Of a DNA stretch of 64,000 nt, positions 50,061-60,263 are shown piece by piece. The position numbers and the translations under genes were made by a program. The first letter of the stretch is position 1. The number at the start of each line of letters is the position of its first letter. Source of the stretch: Terriglobia bacterium (GTDB taxonomy: Bacteria; Acidobacteriota; Terriglobia; JAJPHL01; JAPKYU01); the NCBI GenBank assembly GCA_965206645.1, contig CBDBKE010000004.1:608001-672000 (forward strand). Direction: 5' to 3'. The notes beneath the pieces were generated by a model. That model was not told the origin of the DNA, searched no databases, and worked only from the letters and a program-made list of their open reading frames with translations.

Positions 50061-50309
50061 GGTGATTTCCTTGAGCACGTCGATCTCCAGATCTCGATCG
50101 GCCACCATCTTTTTCAGCCGGCCGTTCTCCTGCTCGAGCTGCCGCAGCCGCTTCACATCGGCGGGCTCCAACGTGCCGAAGTGTTTCCGCCAGGCGTAGA
50201 GCGTCTGGGCGCTGACGCCGTTCTTTTTGGCCACCTCCGGAACGGGCCGCTGATCGGCCTCGCGGAGGATCGTCACCATCTGCTCTTCGGTAAACCGGGT
50301 CTTCTTCAT
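50046..50309 (-). CDS. IS3 OrfA
   Basis: MKKTRFTEEQMV, QTLYAWRK, RLRQLEQENGRLKK. Confidence 0.92.
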   Translation of the reverse strand: MKKTRFTEEQMVTILREADQRPVPEVAKKNGVSAQTLYAWRKHFGTLEPADVKRLRQLEQENGRLKKMVADRDLEIDVLKEITRKKW

Positions 50310-50441
50310 GGCTCCCTCGTTTCTCCGAGGGCGCCATTCTCTCAGGCTTCAGCTGGTCCGGAAATCGCCAGGCAGGTCATGCTAAAGACAGCTCGATGTG
50401 CGCTGCCCCCCATAAAACGCCCCGTTGCCAGGAGAGTTCGG

Positions 50442-51683
50442 ATGAACACGAGAAAAAGATGGCTGTGCCACAATCGGATCGTGCTCGCTCTTGCGACCAG
50501 TGCATTGTTTTTTGGTGGGATCACATCTGTGGTTGCTCAGAATGGCAATGCATTTGGGCGCGGGCATGATAAAGAGGAACATCCGTTGGGAGGATCTCCG
50601 GGGCTGAGCGGCGGTGGACCTCCGGGACACGCAAACCAGGGAAATGGTAAAGGCCCACGAGGGAAAGATTCCCTGATCGTCGAGGCCAAGACCAGCATCG
50701 GCGACTCAGTCGAACCCTTCTCCCCCGGTAAAGCCTCGCATAACTCGCGGTACGTTTTTTGCCTGCCTGATGGCGCCGGCAGTCCCTTCAGTCAGACCTT
50801 CCCGCTGGAATTCACCCTCACCAACGAGAACGGGAATCCGGAAGAAATGGTGGAGGTCACGATAGACCCGGTCGGACGGCTGGCCGAACAAGCTACCGTG
50901 CCAGATCCCTTTATGCTTACTGATGACGGCAGCCTACTGATGAAGGACGTGTCTGTAGGCCCCACCGATCCTCTCGAAGACGGTGCGTACACGCTGAACC
51001 TTCAGATCCGTGCTACTCCGGCGCGAAGGGTTCACCGGTCTCATCATATCGTGCGCATCCATGTGCTCGTGGGAACCGCCTGTAACGGGGAAGAGGAAGA
51101 GCTTGAAGAAGAACAACCGGTCAACGGCCAGGACGATCCTCCACAGGCACGGAACGGCTTTTTCACCGACTCGGAATTTAACTTGCTTCAGGATTGTTAG
51201 CAGCAAGATGTCGTCGAGAATTCGGGTGGCACCTTCACAATCGTTACCCGCCCCGAGACCAATCTGATCACGGCGACCAATCCAGGCACGTTTTATCTCA
51301 ACCTGATTTGGCCAAATATGGGCGGAGCGGAGACGGTCACAATCGAGCTTTCTGCTACCAACCTTGTACCCACGGGAGCCAATGCTGTCCATGCTCTCGT
51401 TTTTGATCCCAACGGAATCATCGGGGGCAAGGACAACTGGGATATGGTCAACGAGGACGGCAAACCTTGCGGGCCGGACGGTCCCTGCACGCTGGAGGTT
51501 GACGGCGGCCAGACGCTGTGGTTGACTTGGCATCTAGTTTTCGCTGGCACTGGCCAATCTGCTGACGACATCAGCAGCGTTTGCGAAGAAGGAGAAACCG
51601 TCACCGCCACCGCAACGCTGACCGGTGGCCGAGGCGAGTTGGCCGCAACGACACTCGAAGCAACAGGGCATGTAAAAGAATAA
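50442..51683 (+). pseudogene. Secreted acidic beta-rich protein interrupted by an in-frame TAG at 51198-51200
   Basis: Signal peptide; the same frame stays open after the TAG (QQDVVENSGGTF..ATNPGTFYLNLIW) and joins ORF 51318-51683. Confidence 0.65.
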
Positions 51684-51700
51684 ATAAATCAACTCGAAAT

Positions 51701-51826
51701 GGGCTCTACCAGAGCAACGTGACGGTACCTGAGGTTCTCCAGTCCGGTGATGCTGCGGTGGAGGTCACCGTGGAGCGGATTGGCTCGGGCGGAGGAGTAA
51801 CATTACCAGTGGTGCCAGGCCTGTGA
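51701..51826 (+). pseudogene. C-terminal remnant of a TIGR03437-like surface protein
   Basis: GLYQSNVTVP..LQSGDAAVEVTV..GVTLPV resembles the GLYQxNVxVP tail of that family (recalled, not searched). Confidence 0.5.
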
Positions 51827-51827
51827 A

Positions 51828-53024
51828 GTGAAGATCACAGCCGTCGAAACCCTCCATTGCGACGCCGGCTGGCGGAATTTCTCGTTCGTCAAACTCACCA
51901 CCGATACTGGCCTCGTTGGCTGGAGCGAGTACCAAGAAGGCTTCGGCTCACCAGGCGTCAGTGCAGCGATCGAAGGCCTTGCCGGCCCGACGATCGGTCA
52001 GGATCCACGGAACACAGAAAAGATTTTCTGGGACCTCTACGCCTCTACCCGCCCAGCGGCCGGCGGTGTCGTGGCAGAAGCCATCGGCGCGATCGAAAAC
52101 GCACTGCTGGACGTTAAATCGAAGCACTATGGGGTTCCGGTCTACGAGATCCTGGGCGGCGCGGTGCGCGAGCGGATCCGGCTGTACTGGTCCCATTGCG
52201 GTACCTACCGGGTCAACTGGCCAGAGGTGCACGATTACCCGCCAGTCAGGTCACTCGATGATGTCAAGGCGCTTGGCCGGGAGGTGAAGGAAAAGCGCTT
52301 CACGGCTCTTAAGACCAACATCTTCTTGTTCGACCGCACGCCGGCCGGCTACTTTCCGGGATTCAGCCGCCCGGCCGGTTATCCCGAACTGAACGCGGAA
52401 CGAGACGTCATCGATGGCCTGAAAGCGGAGATGGAAGTCTTCCGCGAGGGTGCGGGACCTGACGTCGACATCCTGCTCGATCTCAACTTCAACTTCAAAA
52501 CCGAAGGGTATCTGATGCTTGTCGACGCGTTGGCGCCACTGGCGCTGTTTTGGATCGAGATCGACAGCTACAACCCACAAGCGCTTGCGCTCGTCCGGCG
52601 CCGCAGCACCACGCCGATCAGTTCCTGCGAAACCCTCATCGGCCTCCGCGAGTTCCGCCCGTATTTCGAGCAGCAGTCCATGGACGTAGCGATCATCGAC
52701 GCGGTGTGGAACGGCGTCTGGCAATCGATGAAGATCGCTGCCGTGGCCGAGGCCCACGAGGTCAACATCGCGCCGCACAACTTCTACGGCCACCTGTCGA
52801 CCATGATGAGCGCTCACTTTGTCGCAGCTGTCCCTAACTTCCGGATCATGGAGATCGATATGGATCAGGTGCCCTGGAGGGACGAGCTGTTCACCATCGC
52901 GCCAAAGATCGAGGACGGCTATCTGATTCTTCCTAAGACCCCGGGCTGGGGCACACAGCCCAATGAGCAGGCACTCAAGGCGCATCCGCCGCGGCGTGGC
53001 GGCAGCTTCCTCAAGCAAAGCTGA
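51828..53024 (+). CDS. Mandelate racemase/muconate lactonizing (enolase superfamily) enzyme, sugar-acid dehydratase-like
   Basis: MKITAVET, GWSE, IENALLD, GVPVYEILGG, KTN, D/E/E metal ligands, APHN, PGWG. Confidence 0.88.
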   Translation: MKITAVETLHCDAGWRNFSFVKLTTDTGLVGWSEYQEGFGSPGVSAAIEGLAGPTIGQDPRNTEKIFWDLYASTRPAAGGVVAEAIGAIENALLDVKSKHYGVPVYEILGGAVRERIRLYWSHCGTYRVNWPEVHDYPPVRSLDDVKALGREVKEKRFTALKTNIFLFDRTPAGYFPGFSRPAGYPELNAERDVIDGLKAEMEVFREGAGPDVDILLDLNFNFKTEGYLMLVDALAPLALFWIEIDSYNPQALALVRRRSTTPISSCETLIGLREFRPYFEQQSMDVAIIDAVWNGVWQSMKIAAVAEAHEVNIAPHNFYGHLSTMMSAHFVAAVPNFRIMEIDMDQVPWRDELFTIAPKIEDGYLILPKTPGWGTQPNEQALKAHPPRRGGSFLKQS

Positions 53025-53149
53025 CGAGGTGGCCGAGCTCCCCGCGGGACTATAGTTCGCCGTAGCTTTGCGAATGCCGGAACGCAAGCACGCGAAAGGG
53101 CGCCTGCTTCCAACTCCGAACTGGCCATCCAGCGACGCAGTCTGTGTGC

Positions 53150-54676
53150 CTAGGCACCTGGAGTGCCCGAGGACTGTGCCTCTGCATCGGAAAGAGCCTG
53201 AGCCTGCTTCACTCCATGGGCAATGGTGGCCTCCCACTCCAGGTGAGGAAGAGGGGAGTTCTGGGCAACGGTGAACAACTGCAAGGCTTCTGCTTTCCGA
53301 CCCATTCGCAACATCAGGTTGGCGTGTGCCAGCAGCGCCTGGAAGGATGTGTTATCGGCGGCGCTGTTGCTGTAGATGTTGCAATATTCCTGCGCTGCAC
53401 CCTCCAGGAAATTGCTCTTTTCCAGATGCTTGGCCAGGCGCAGCCGCAATGCTGCCGGCACTGCGGTTTCCAGTTCCGCCTGACTCATCTCTTCGTAGAG
53501 ATTCAGAGCCGTGTCCAGACTGTTCTGTTTCACATATAGACCGATCAGGCGCACGTAGGCGCGCCTTGCCCGCTCCTGGTCCTCGGCGGCTTTGGCAGCT
53601 CGTAGCAATTCCAGTTGTGCGTCCACGCTGCTGGGGTTCTTCGCCCCGACTTGCTCCAGCAGGCCAATGGCCTCGGCCGTCTGACCCGCATCAATCAACT
53701 CTCCAGCTTTGACGATCTGTGGGTCCTGATGCAGCGAAATCTGGCCCTCAATTCCGCGGTTTACCTTCTCCTCGATGCCGCTCACTCCGAGCGCCAGGGC
53801 AAACACCACACCGTAGACGAATCCGCCAACGTGCGCCCAAAAGGCCACTCCACCCCCCTGGCCAGAGGTCAACAGGCCGTAAAAAAGTTGGCTGCCCAGC
53901 CACAAGGGCAACATCAGGTAGGCCGGAGCGTGAAAAGTCCCGGCGCGAATGAAAAAGAACATCCAAAAGAACCAGAAAAACTTGATGCGGGTCCGGGCAA
54001 ACTTCATCAGAAACGCCCCCATGGCGCCCGCAATGGCACCGGAAGCACCGATCAACGGGATGAAACTCTGCGGGGCGGAAGCTTTGTGGGCCAGCGCGGC
54101 CACTACCCCCGCGCTCAGGTAGAACAGGGGGAACACCACACGGCCCCAGCGGTCCTCGATGTTACAACCGGCCAACCACAAGAACAGCATATTGAAGATC
54201 AGGTGCATCCAGCCGCCGTGCAGGAACTGCGAGGTAATCAGGCCTAGCGCGTTGTTCTCGGCGGGGATGTACGCGTACTTCGTTAAAGGAGAAGCTTTCT
54301 CGGCCTCGGCCATCGCCTCGCACAGCTTGTCCAGTCGCGCCTGCTGGCGGGCCTGTGTGGCGGGTTTCACTCCGCCCCGGGCCTGAACCGAGTCTTCGTG
54401 CAGCGCCTTCATGGATTCCACCGTGAGCCGGTCCTTGCGCGACGACCCCTCGATCTGGGTCAAGAACTTGTCCAGGGGTGGCTTCGGCTCCAGGTAGGGG
54501 TGAGAGACGTAGTAGTCGAAAGCGATGTTCAACCGTCTCACGAACTGTCCATGCTGCCTCTGGATGCTCCAGTGCGTGGTCAAGAAGATCAGAACGTTCA
54601 GCAGCAGGATGGCGCCGGTGACGTAGGGCCACCGTCGGCCCTTCAGGTCTTCGTGGCTGATGGGAATAATGATCAT
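53150..54676 (-). CDS. Rhomboid intramembrane protease with C-terminal TPR-like domain
   Basis: FLHGGWMHLIFNM, GASGA, AFWAHVGGF; helical C-terminus. Confidence 0.88.
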   Translation of the reverse strand: MIIIPISHEDLKGRRWPYVTGAILLLNVLIFLTTHWSIQRQHGQFVRRLNIAFDYYVSHPYLEPKPPLDKFLTQIEGSSRKDRLTVESMKALHEDSVQARGGVKPATQARQQARLDKLCEAMAEAEKASPLTKYAYIPAENNALGLITSQFLHGGWMHLIFNMLFLWLAGCNIEDRWGRVVFPLFYLSAGVVAALAHKASAPQSFIPLIGASGAIAGAMGAFLMKFARTRIKFFWFFWMFFFIRAGTFHAPAYLMLPLWLGSQLFYGLLTSGQGGGVAFWAHVGGFVYGVVFALALGVSGIEEKVNRGIEGQISLHQDPQIVKAGELIDAGQTAEAIGLLEQVGAKNPSSVDAQLELLRAAKAAEDQERARRAYVRLIGLYVKQNSLDTALNLYEEMSQAELETAVPAALRLRLAKHLEKSNFLEGAAQEYCNIYSNSAADNTSFQALLAHANLMLRMGRKAEALQLFTVAQNSPLPHLEWEATIAHGVKQAQALSDAEAQSSGTPGA

Positions 54677-54927
54677 CGCTCTGCCCCGCGGGCCGCCGCA
54701 GCGCGGACAAAAGCGGCCTCAAATGAACTTACGGTAGCAAAAAAATGAGCACGGCGCCACCGCTCGGCCCGGCCGCCGTCACTGAGGTACCACTTTGTTC
54801 AAACTCCCCCCTTAACTGGCTCACGAAGTCCGGCTTGGCCGACGGCACCGGATGGATCCTTCATCAGGGTCAGTCGCCCAGGACTCAACGGAAGCGAGTT
54901 TCACGGGTATGATAAGGCGGTTCGCTT

Positions 54928-55152
54928 ATGAGCACCGTAGAGATCACGTTTCGCTATCAAGGCCAGCTTCGGACTGAACTGCTGCCTCGCACTCAGGAGC
55001 AGCACGGCTACTTCGGCATCCGGCGCATCCAGCTGGACGAGGTCCGGAAACTCATCACCGTGGAATACGACGCCACGCGATTGGATGAGAAGGGCGTAGA
55101 AGCGGTGCTGCGACGGGTGGGTGTCCCGGTGGTGGAACAGGTCCAAGAGTGA
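54928..55152 (+). CDS. Small hypothetical protein (HMA-like fold without Cys)
   Basis: GIRRIQLDE..ITVEYDATRL..LRRVG pattern. Confidence 0.6.
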   Translation: MSTVEITFRYQGQLRTELLPRTQEQHGYFGIRRIQLDEVRKLITVEYDATRLDEKGVEAVLRRVGVPVVEQVQE

Positions 55153-55181
55153 GTCGCAAGAGCGTAAGCTGAGTCCGGAAC

Positions 55182-56054
55182 GTGGAGCGCCTGCCTAGGT
55201 CCGTCATGAGTGTGATCGTTGGAATTGCCGCGGGGCTGGCCCTGGTGGTTGTTGGAATTCGCCTCTTTGAAGGTCGTTTTATCTATTTTCCTCTTCGCTA
55301 TCCTGCGGGGTTTGAGCCTCCGGAAAAATACGGCCTCCGGGTTGAAGAAGTTTGGCTGAGAGCAGAAGACAATGTGCGGCTGAACGCCTGGTATCTGCCG
55401 AGTCCCAGCGCTTCCAAGGTGCTGTTGGTGTTTCATGGCAACGCCACCAACCTTGGCACCGACCTGCCGCGCTTGCAGTTTTTCGCGCGCCTCGGGGTGA
55501 GCCTGTTCGAAGTGGACTATCGAGGCTACGGCAAGAGCGAGGGGTCGCCGGACGAGGCCGGCCTGTATCGGGACGCAAACGCAGCCTACCAGTACCTGGT
55601 CGCGACTAGAAGTTATAAGCCCCGCGACATTCTCTTGCACGGCCAGTCGCTGGGCGGCGCGGTGGCCATTGATCTGGCCTCACGGCGCGAATGCGGCGGC
55701 CTGATCGTCGAAAGCTCCTTCACCTCGGCCCGTGAGATGGCCCGACGGATGTTTCTCCTTCCCTTGCTAGAATACATCCCCAAGAGCCGTTTCGACTCGC
55801 TAAGAAAAATCGGGCAGGTCCGGTGTCCCGTTCTGATCGTGCACGGCACACAGGACCAGCTCATTCCCTTTTCCATGGGCCAAGAGCTTTACCAGGCGGC
55901 GCGCGAACCCAAATCCTTTCTGTCTGTCGAGGGAGCCGGGCACGCGGACAGCTTCGTCGTTGACAGCGCGCGCTATTTAGAGCGCTTGGGAAAGTTCCTC
56001 GGAGTGACGCCGGCTGCGGAGAGCATCGCACCCTCCCGCCAGAAGGAGCAGTGA
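55182..56054 (+). CDS. Alpha/beta hydrolase (ABHD13/YfhR-like)
   Basis: FHGNA, DYRGYGKSEG, GQSLG, HGTQD, GAGH. Confidence 0.9.
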   Translation: MERLPRSVMSVIVGIAAGLALVVVGIRLFEGRFIYFPLRYPAGFEPPEKYGLRVEEVWLRAEDNVRLNAWYLPSPSASKVLLVFHGNATNLGTDLPRLQFFARLGVSLFEVDYRGYGKSEGSPDEAGLYRDANAAYQYLVATRSYKPRDILLHGQSLGGAVAIDLASRRECGGLIVESSFTSAREMARRMFLLPLLEYIPKSRFDSLRKIGQVRCPVLIVHGTQDQLIPFSMGQELYQAAREPKSFLSVEGAGHADSFVVDSARYLERLGKFLGVTPAAESIAPSRQKEQ

Positions 56055-56286
56055 AGTCCCGCCGGAGTATTCCGCGCGTACTGCTGCTGCCCCGAGACCC
56101 GCTCGTTTCGCGCCACGAGGGCACTGTCCACCCAGCCTAGGAGGAGGGGCTGGCCGGGGAGAAGCTGCGCCGGTGCATCCAAAACCAGGCGCGCTTCCCC
56201 GCCCGCAGTTCACCCATTCCCTTTTGTTTTCTGAAGTTAGGAGAAGCGGCGATTCTCGTTTCGAAACTGTCCCTCAACGGGAATCT

Positions 56287-58446
56287 TCACTGCGGCTTTT
56301 TCGCGAGGTCAGAGGGATCCACGCCGGTGTCGAACTTCACTTCGGTCACGGAAGCCTCCATGAAATTCGAGCCGTTTTGAGTGACCTGCACTCGGAAAGG
56401 TACTCTTATGCCAGACACCTCTTTGTGCTCCGAGTAAATTTCCTCTATGTCGGCCAAGCCACCCCTTTGCGACGGCGCCCGATAGACTTTTTTCAGAACG
56501 GCGCCAGTCGAAGAATCTACGAACAAACGCACGTTCCGGCCTTCTTTGGAGATGGCGATGACGTCGGCTTCGGTTTCGCCCACCTTGTCGCGTTTTTCAA
56601 ACTGCACGGTGAAGTCGCCCTCAGCACGCAGCAGGTTGAGAGTATTTCGCGCGACCTGGCCTTGCAGCGACTTCTTCATGCGGTCGGGCAGGTTCCGAAC
56701 CCCTTGCGGAGTGCTCATCCAACCGCCGGTGCCGTCGTAGTAGGTGATCATGGTGCCAAAGGGCAGGGTCCGTTCGCTGCGCAGCACACCGGGAAAGACA
56801 ACGGTGTCGCGGCTACTCACAGCCATCTCGCCTCGCGGGGTGGTGATTTTGGCCGAAGTAGTGACGGTTACGTCCTTGATCGCCCGCAGCCGCTCCAGGC
56901 CACCGGTTGCCTTTTGTGCCGCCGTCAGCACGGGGCGCCCGCGCTCCAGCGCCGCCGCAGTGGCTGGAGCAGCGGCAACTGCGGGCTGGGCCTCGGGAAT
57001 TGTAATGTCAATGGTGTTCACCTTGCCCTCGGCCAGCGCCAGCTCGGTAAGCGGCTTGTCGAAGTCCTTGTCGTTGCCCACCGCCAGGATGGTGAGCCGG
57101 TCCGGCTCCAGATGCTTGCGCGCCACCCGCAACACGTCAGCCTTGGTGACCTTCTCCACGTTATTCTTGTAGCGCTGGAGAAAATCCTCCGGATAGCCGA
57201 AGTAGATGTAGGTCATAATCCGGCTCATGATCTGGCCGGGATCGGTAAAATTGAAGACGAACGAGTTCAGGATCGATTCCTTGGACACCTGCAATTCTTC
57301 ATCGGTGACCTCCGTTTCGCGGATGAGGCGCAACTCGCGCAGCACTGCTTCAGTCGCCTCTACGGTAGTCTCCGACTTCGTCCCGACAAACACACTAAAG
57401 GTTCCCGGGTGGTCATATCTGGCGCTCCAGAAGCCGGTGGCCGCGTAGGCCAGGCCCATTTCCGTGCGAATGCGCTTGAACATGCGACTGGAAGGGCCGG
57501 CCGCCAGAATCTGGGTCATCACCCGTAGCGCGAAGTAGTCGGGATCGTCGCGCCGCCCAGCCAGATGCCCGATGCGAATCGAGGTCTGGTTGATATCCTG
57601 CTTGCGGATGAAGTTCACCGAGGCGCTCCGCTTCACTTCGACCGGCGGCAGCGGGGGCAGTTGGAGCTCGGGCGCCGGCTTCCAGGCGGCAAAGGCGGCT
57701 TCCACCTTCTGCCGGATTTGCTCGGCGTCGATGTCGCCGGAAATGCCGATCATCACGTTGTTGGGATGGTAATAGCGGCGGTGAAACTCAATCAGGTCCT
57801 CGCGGCGGATGGCGTCAATGGTGGCATACTCGGTGTGGCGAGCGTAGGCGCTCTCCGACCCGTAAATCAGCTTGCGAAACTCGCGCGCGTTGATGCCCCT
57901 GGGTTCGTCGTTGCGGCGCGAGATGGCAGTGCGGGCGAAGGTCTTGGCCAGCTCGATCTTGTCCTGGCGGAACTCCGGGTTCATCAGCACGTCGGCAAAG
58001 ATGGCCAGCACGCGGTCCTCATCGCCCTTCAGCGCCGAGAAGCCGGCGCTGCCGGAGCCCAGCCCGATGCCGGTTTCCACCGAGGCTGCTATCGCCTCCA
58101 GCTCCTCGTCCAGCTCGTCGCCGGTTTTGGTGGCCGTGCCGCCGCTGCGCATCACCTGACCGGCTATACTGGCCAAGCCGGTCTTCTCCGCCGGCTCCCA
58201 GCGGCTGCCGGTATGGATCATCGCCGTGCCGCCGACCAGCGGCAACCGGTGGTCCTCCACCACGAACAGGCGGATGCCGTTCGAGAGCGTGTATCGCTTG
58301 ATCTCCGGCAGCTTGACGTCGCGCAGCGGCGGATACTTGAGCTGCTTCCAGTCCTTGGCCGTACTCGCCCTATGCTGCGCCCCAAGCGGCGTTCCGACCC
58401 CCAAACAGACAATCCAGATCAGCGTCAGCCAGCGGGTCATCGTCAA
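56287..58446 (-). CDS. M16B peptidase, non-catalytic subunit with extra C-terminal domain
   Basis: LSNG..VEDHRLPLV, EKTGLA (no HxxEH), RTEMGLAY; ~200 aa beta-rich tail; signal peptide. Confidence 0.85.
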   Translation of the reverse strand: MTMTRWLTLIWIVCLGVGTPLGAQHRASTAKDWKQLKYPPLRDVKLPEIKRYTLSNGIRLFVVEDHRLPLVGGTAMIHTGSRWEPAEKTGLASIAGQVMRSGGTATKTGDELDEELEAIAASVETGIGLGSGSAGFSALKGDEDRVLAIFADVLMNPEFRQDKIELAKTFARTAISRRNDEPRGINAREFRKLIYGSESAYARHTEYATIDAIRREDLIEFHRRYYHPNNVMIGISGDIDAEQIRQKVEAAFAAWKPAPELQLPPLPPVEVKRSASVNFIRKQDINQTSIRIGHLAGRRDDPDYFALRVMTQILAAGPSSRMFKRIRTEMGLAYAATGFWSARYDHPGTFSVFVGTKSETTVEATEAVLRELRLIRETEVTDEELQVSKESILNSFVFNFTDPGQIMSRIMTYIYFGYPEDFLQRYKNNVEKVTKADVLRVARKHLEPDRLTILAVGNDKDFDKPLTELALAEGKVNTIDITIPEAQPAVAAAPATAAALERGRPVLTAAQKATGGLERLRAIKDVTVTTSAKITTPRGEMAVSSRDTVVFPGVLRSERTLPFGTMITYYDGTGGWMSTPQGVRNLPDRMKKSLQGQVARNTLNLLRAEGDFTVQFEKRDKVGETEADVIAISKEGRNVRLFVDSSTGAVLKKVYRAPSQRGGLADIEEIYSEHKEVSGIRVPFRVQVTQNGSNFMEASVTEVKFDTGVDPSDLAKKPQ

Positions 58447-58546
58447 TACCCCGATTCGCAGCTAGAAAAAAGCAAACCCGCCGCCAAGACACCACCAGGA
58501 GAAGTGTTCAAAAGTTGCCTCGCTGCCTTTACGTCTTGGCGATTCA

Positions 58547-60106
58547 CTAGTCGCTTTTCGTTGAATCGCTCTGTGCCGTCGGTGCCGCGGACTCGGCCGG
58601 CACAATCACTCCCACGGTCCGGTTCTTGCGCTGAAAGTATCGATGGGCGGCCTGTTGCACATCCTCGGCTGTGACTTTTTCGATGGCGTCCAGGTCGCGG
58701 AACAGATAGCGCCAGTCGCCGAGCAGCGCCTGATTCATGGCCAGTGCAGAGGCCAGGCCGCCGTTGGAGCGCAATCCGCGCAGAACCGCGGCCCGCGCTC
58801 GCCGCTTCACCTGCTCCAGCCGCTGGGACGGAACTTGTTCCTTCTTGATGCGCTCGATCTGCTCATCCATGGCCTTCTCCACCTCTTCGCCAGTGTGCCC
58901 AGCCGAGGGGACGGCGAAGAAGAGGAACAGGCCGGGATATTTGTAGCCGGGAAAGCCGGTGAAGGCCGAGGCGGCCACTGCGATCTTCTTCTCCTTCACC
59001 AGGCTCTTGTAGAGCCAGGAGGTACGGCCACCGCCCAGGACGTCACTGATGACGTCCAAGGTGGCGCGGTCCGGGTGTTTTACCCCTGGCCGGTGATAGC
59101 CCACCAAAACATAGGGCTGGGAGGCGGCCTCCACCATCACCCGGCGCTCGCCTCCCTGCGGCGGCTCCACGGTGCGCAACGGCTCGGGCCGCGAGCGCTT
59201 GGCTAGCCGCCCGAAGTACGTCTCGGCCAACCGCCGGACCTGCTGTGGGTCCGCGTCACCCACGATCACCGCCGTCATGGCCGAGGCCACGTAGTGCTTG
59301 CGGAAGAACTCCACAGCCTCGCTCCGCCGCAGCCGCGTGAGTTCGCTGCGGTGCCCAACCACCGGCTGCCCATAGGGGTGCGCTTTGTAGGCAATGGCGA
59401 GGAACTCTTCAAGCAGCTTGCCGAAGGGTCGGCTTTCGGTGCGCATCCGCCGCTCTTCCATCACAACGTTGCGCTCCTTGTAAAATTCGCGGGCCACCGG
59501 CTCCAGGAAGCGCAGCGACTCCAGCGCGAACCAGAGTTCCAGCTTGTTGGACGGTAGGGAGAAAAAGTAGCGGGTGGCGTCGGAGGAGGTCGATGCATTG
59601 AGTCCCACACCGCCCGCGCGCTCCACGATCTCCATGAACTCGTCAGTGACCACGAAGCTACCCGCCTCCTCCTGCGCTTTGCGGAAAGCTTCCTCAAGCT
59701 CCTTCAGGCGGGCGGAGTCAGGCCGTTCGCCCTTGGCCCGCTCGGTTTCGAGCGCCCGGTAGGCCACGTCCAGCTTCTCCAGCGCCTCCTTCTCCTTCTT
59801 GTAGTTCTTCGTACCAATGGTGCGGGTGCCCTTGAATGCCATGTGCTCGAACAGGTGGGCGACGCCGGTTTGGCCGATGTTCTCGTCCACCGCGCCCACG
59901 TCCATATACGTGTGCAACGCCACAATGGGTACCTCATGCCGCTCCACCAAGACGAAATGCATCCCGTTGGCCAGCGTAAACTCAGTGACTGTTTTCTCAA
60001 ACTCTTCCAGTGACTGCCCAGACGCCGGCGCAGCCAGCAGCAGCAGCAGCAGCGCCAAGATCAACACACGCTGCTTCACGGTATCGCCGTTCTTCTTGCG
60101 CATCAC
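58547..60106 (-). CDS. M16B zinc peptidase, catalytic subunit
   Basis: GVAHLFEHMAFKGT (HxxEH), NASTS, ERNVVMEE; signal peptide. Confidence 0.92.
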   Translation of the reverse strand: MMRKKNGDTVKQRVLILALLLLLLAAPASGQSLEEFEKTVTEFTLANGMHFVLVERHEVPIVALHTYMDVGAVDENIGQTGVAHLFEHMAFKGTRTIGTKNYKKEKEALEKLDVAYRALETERAKGERPDSARLKELEEAFRKAQEEAGSFVVTDEFMEIVERAGGVGLNASTSSDATRYFFSLPSNKLELWFALESLRFLEPVAREFYKERNVVMEERRMRTESRPFGKLLEEFLAIAYKAHPYGQPVVGHRSELTRLRRSEAVEFFRKHYVASAMTAVIVGDADPQQVRRLAETYFGRLAKRSRPEPLRTVEPPQGGERRVMVEAASQPYVLVGYHRPGVKHPDRATLDVISDVLGGGRTSWLYKSLVKEKKIAVAASAFTGFPGYKYPGLFLFFAVPSAGHTGEEVEKAMDEQIERIKKEQVPSQRLEQVKRRARAAVLRGLRSNGGLASALAMNQALLGDWRYLFRDLDAIEKVTAEDVQQAAHRYFQRKNRTVGVIVPAESAAPTAQSDSTKSD

Positions 60107-60263
60107 CTACTCCACACTCAGCACCGGGAGCTTGACCATTCCACTCCGCTTATAGTCAGCATAGCTGAACCGCCGCGCATTCAGCAATGTTATAAGCAGT
60201 GTTATACTTGAGTTGCTCCTGCGGGTTGAACGCATGTCTGGCCCGTTCCGATGCCTCGTGGCG

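Larger units (their letters stand above)
49100..50379 (-). mobile_element. IS3-family element
   Basis: TIRs TGACCTGCC..CGGACCA at both ends; orfA 50046-50309, orfB to 49129; A7 slippery run at the overlap. Confidence 0.92.

Noticed and set aside
49959-50441. N-terminal 161 aa of the 413-aa ORF in the track
   Set aside because: Mostly an antisense shadow of the IS3 element; the plausible start is ATG 50442
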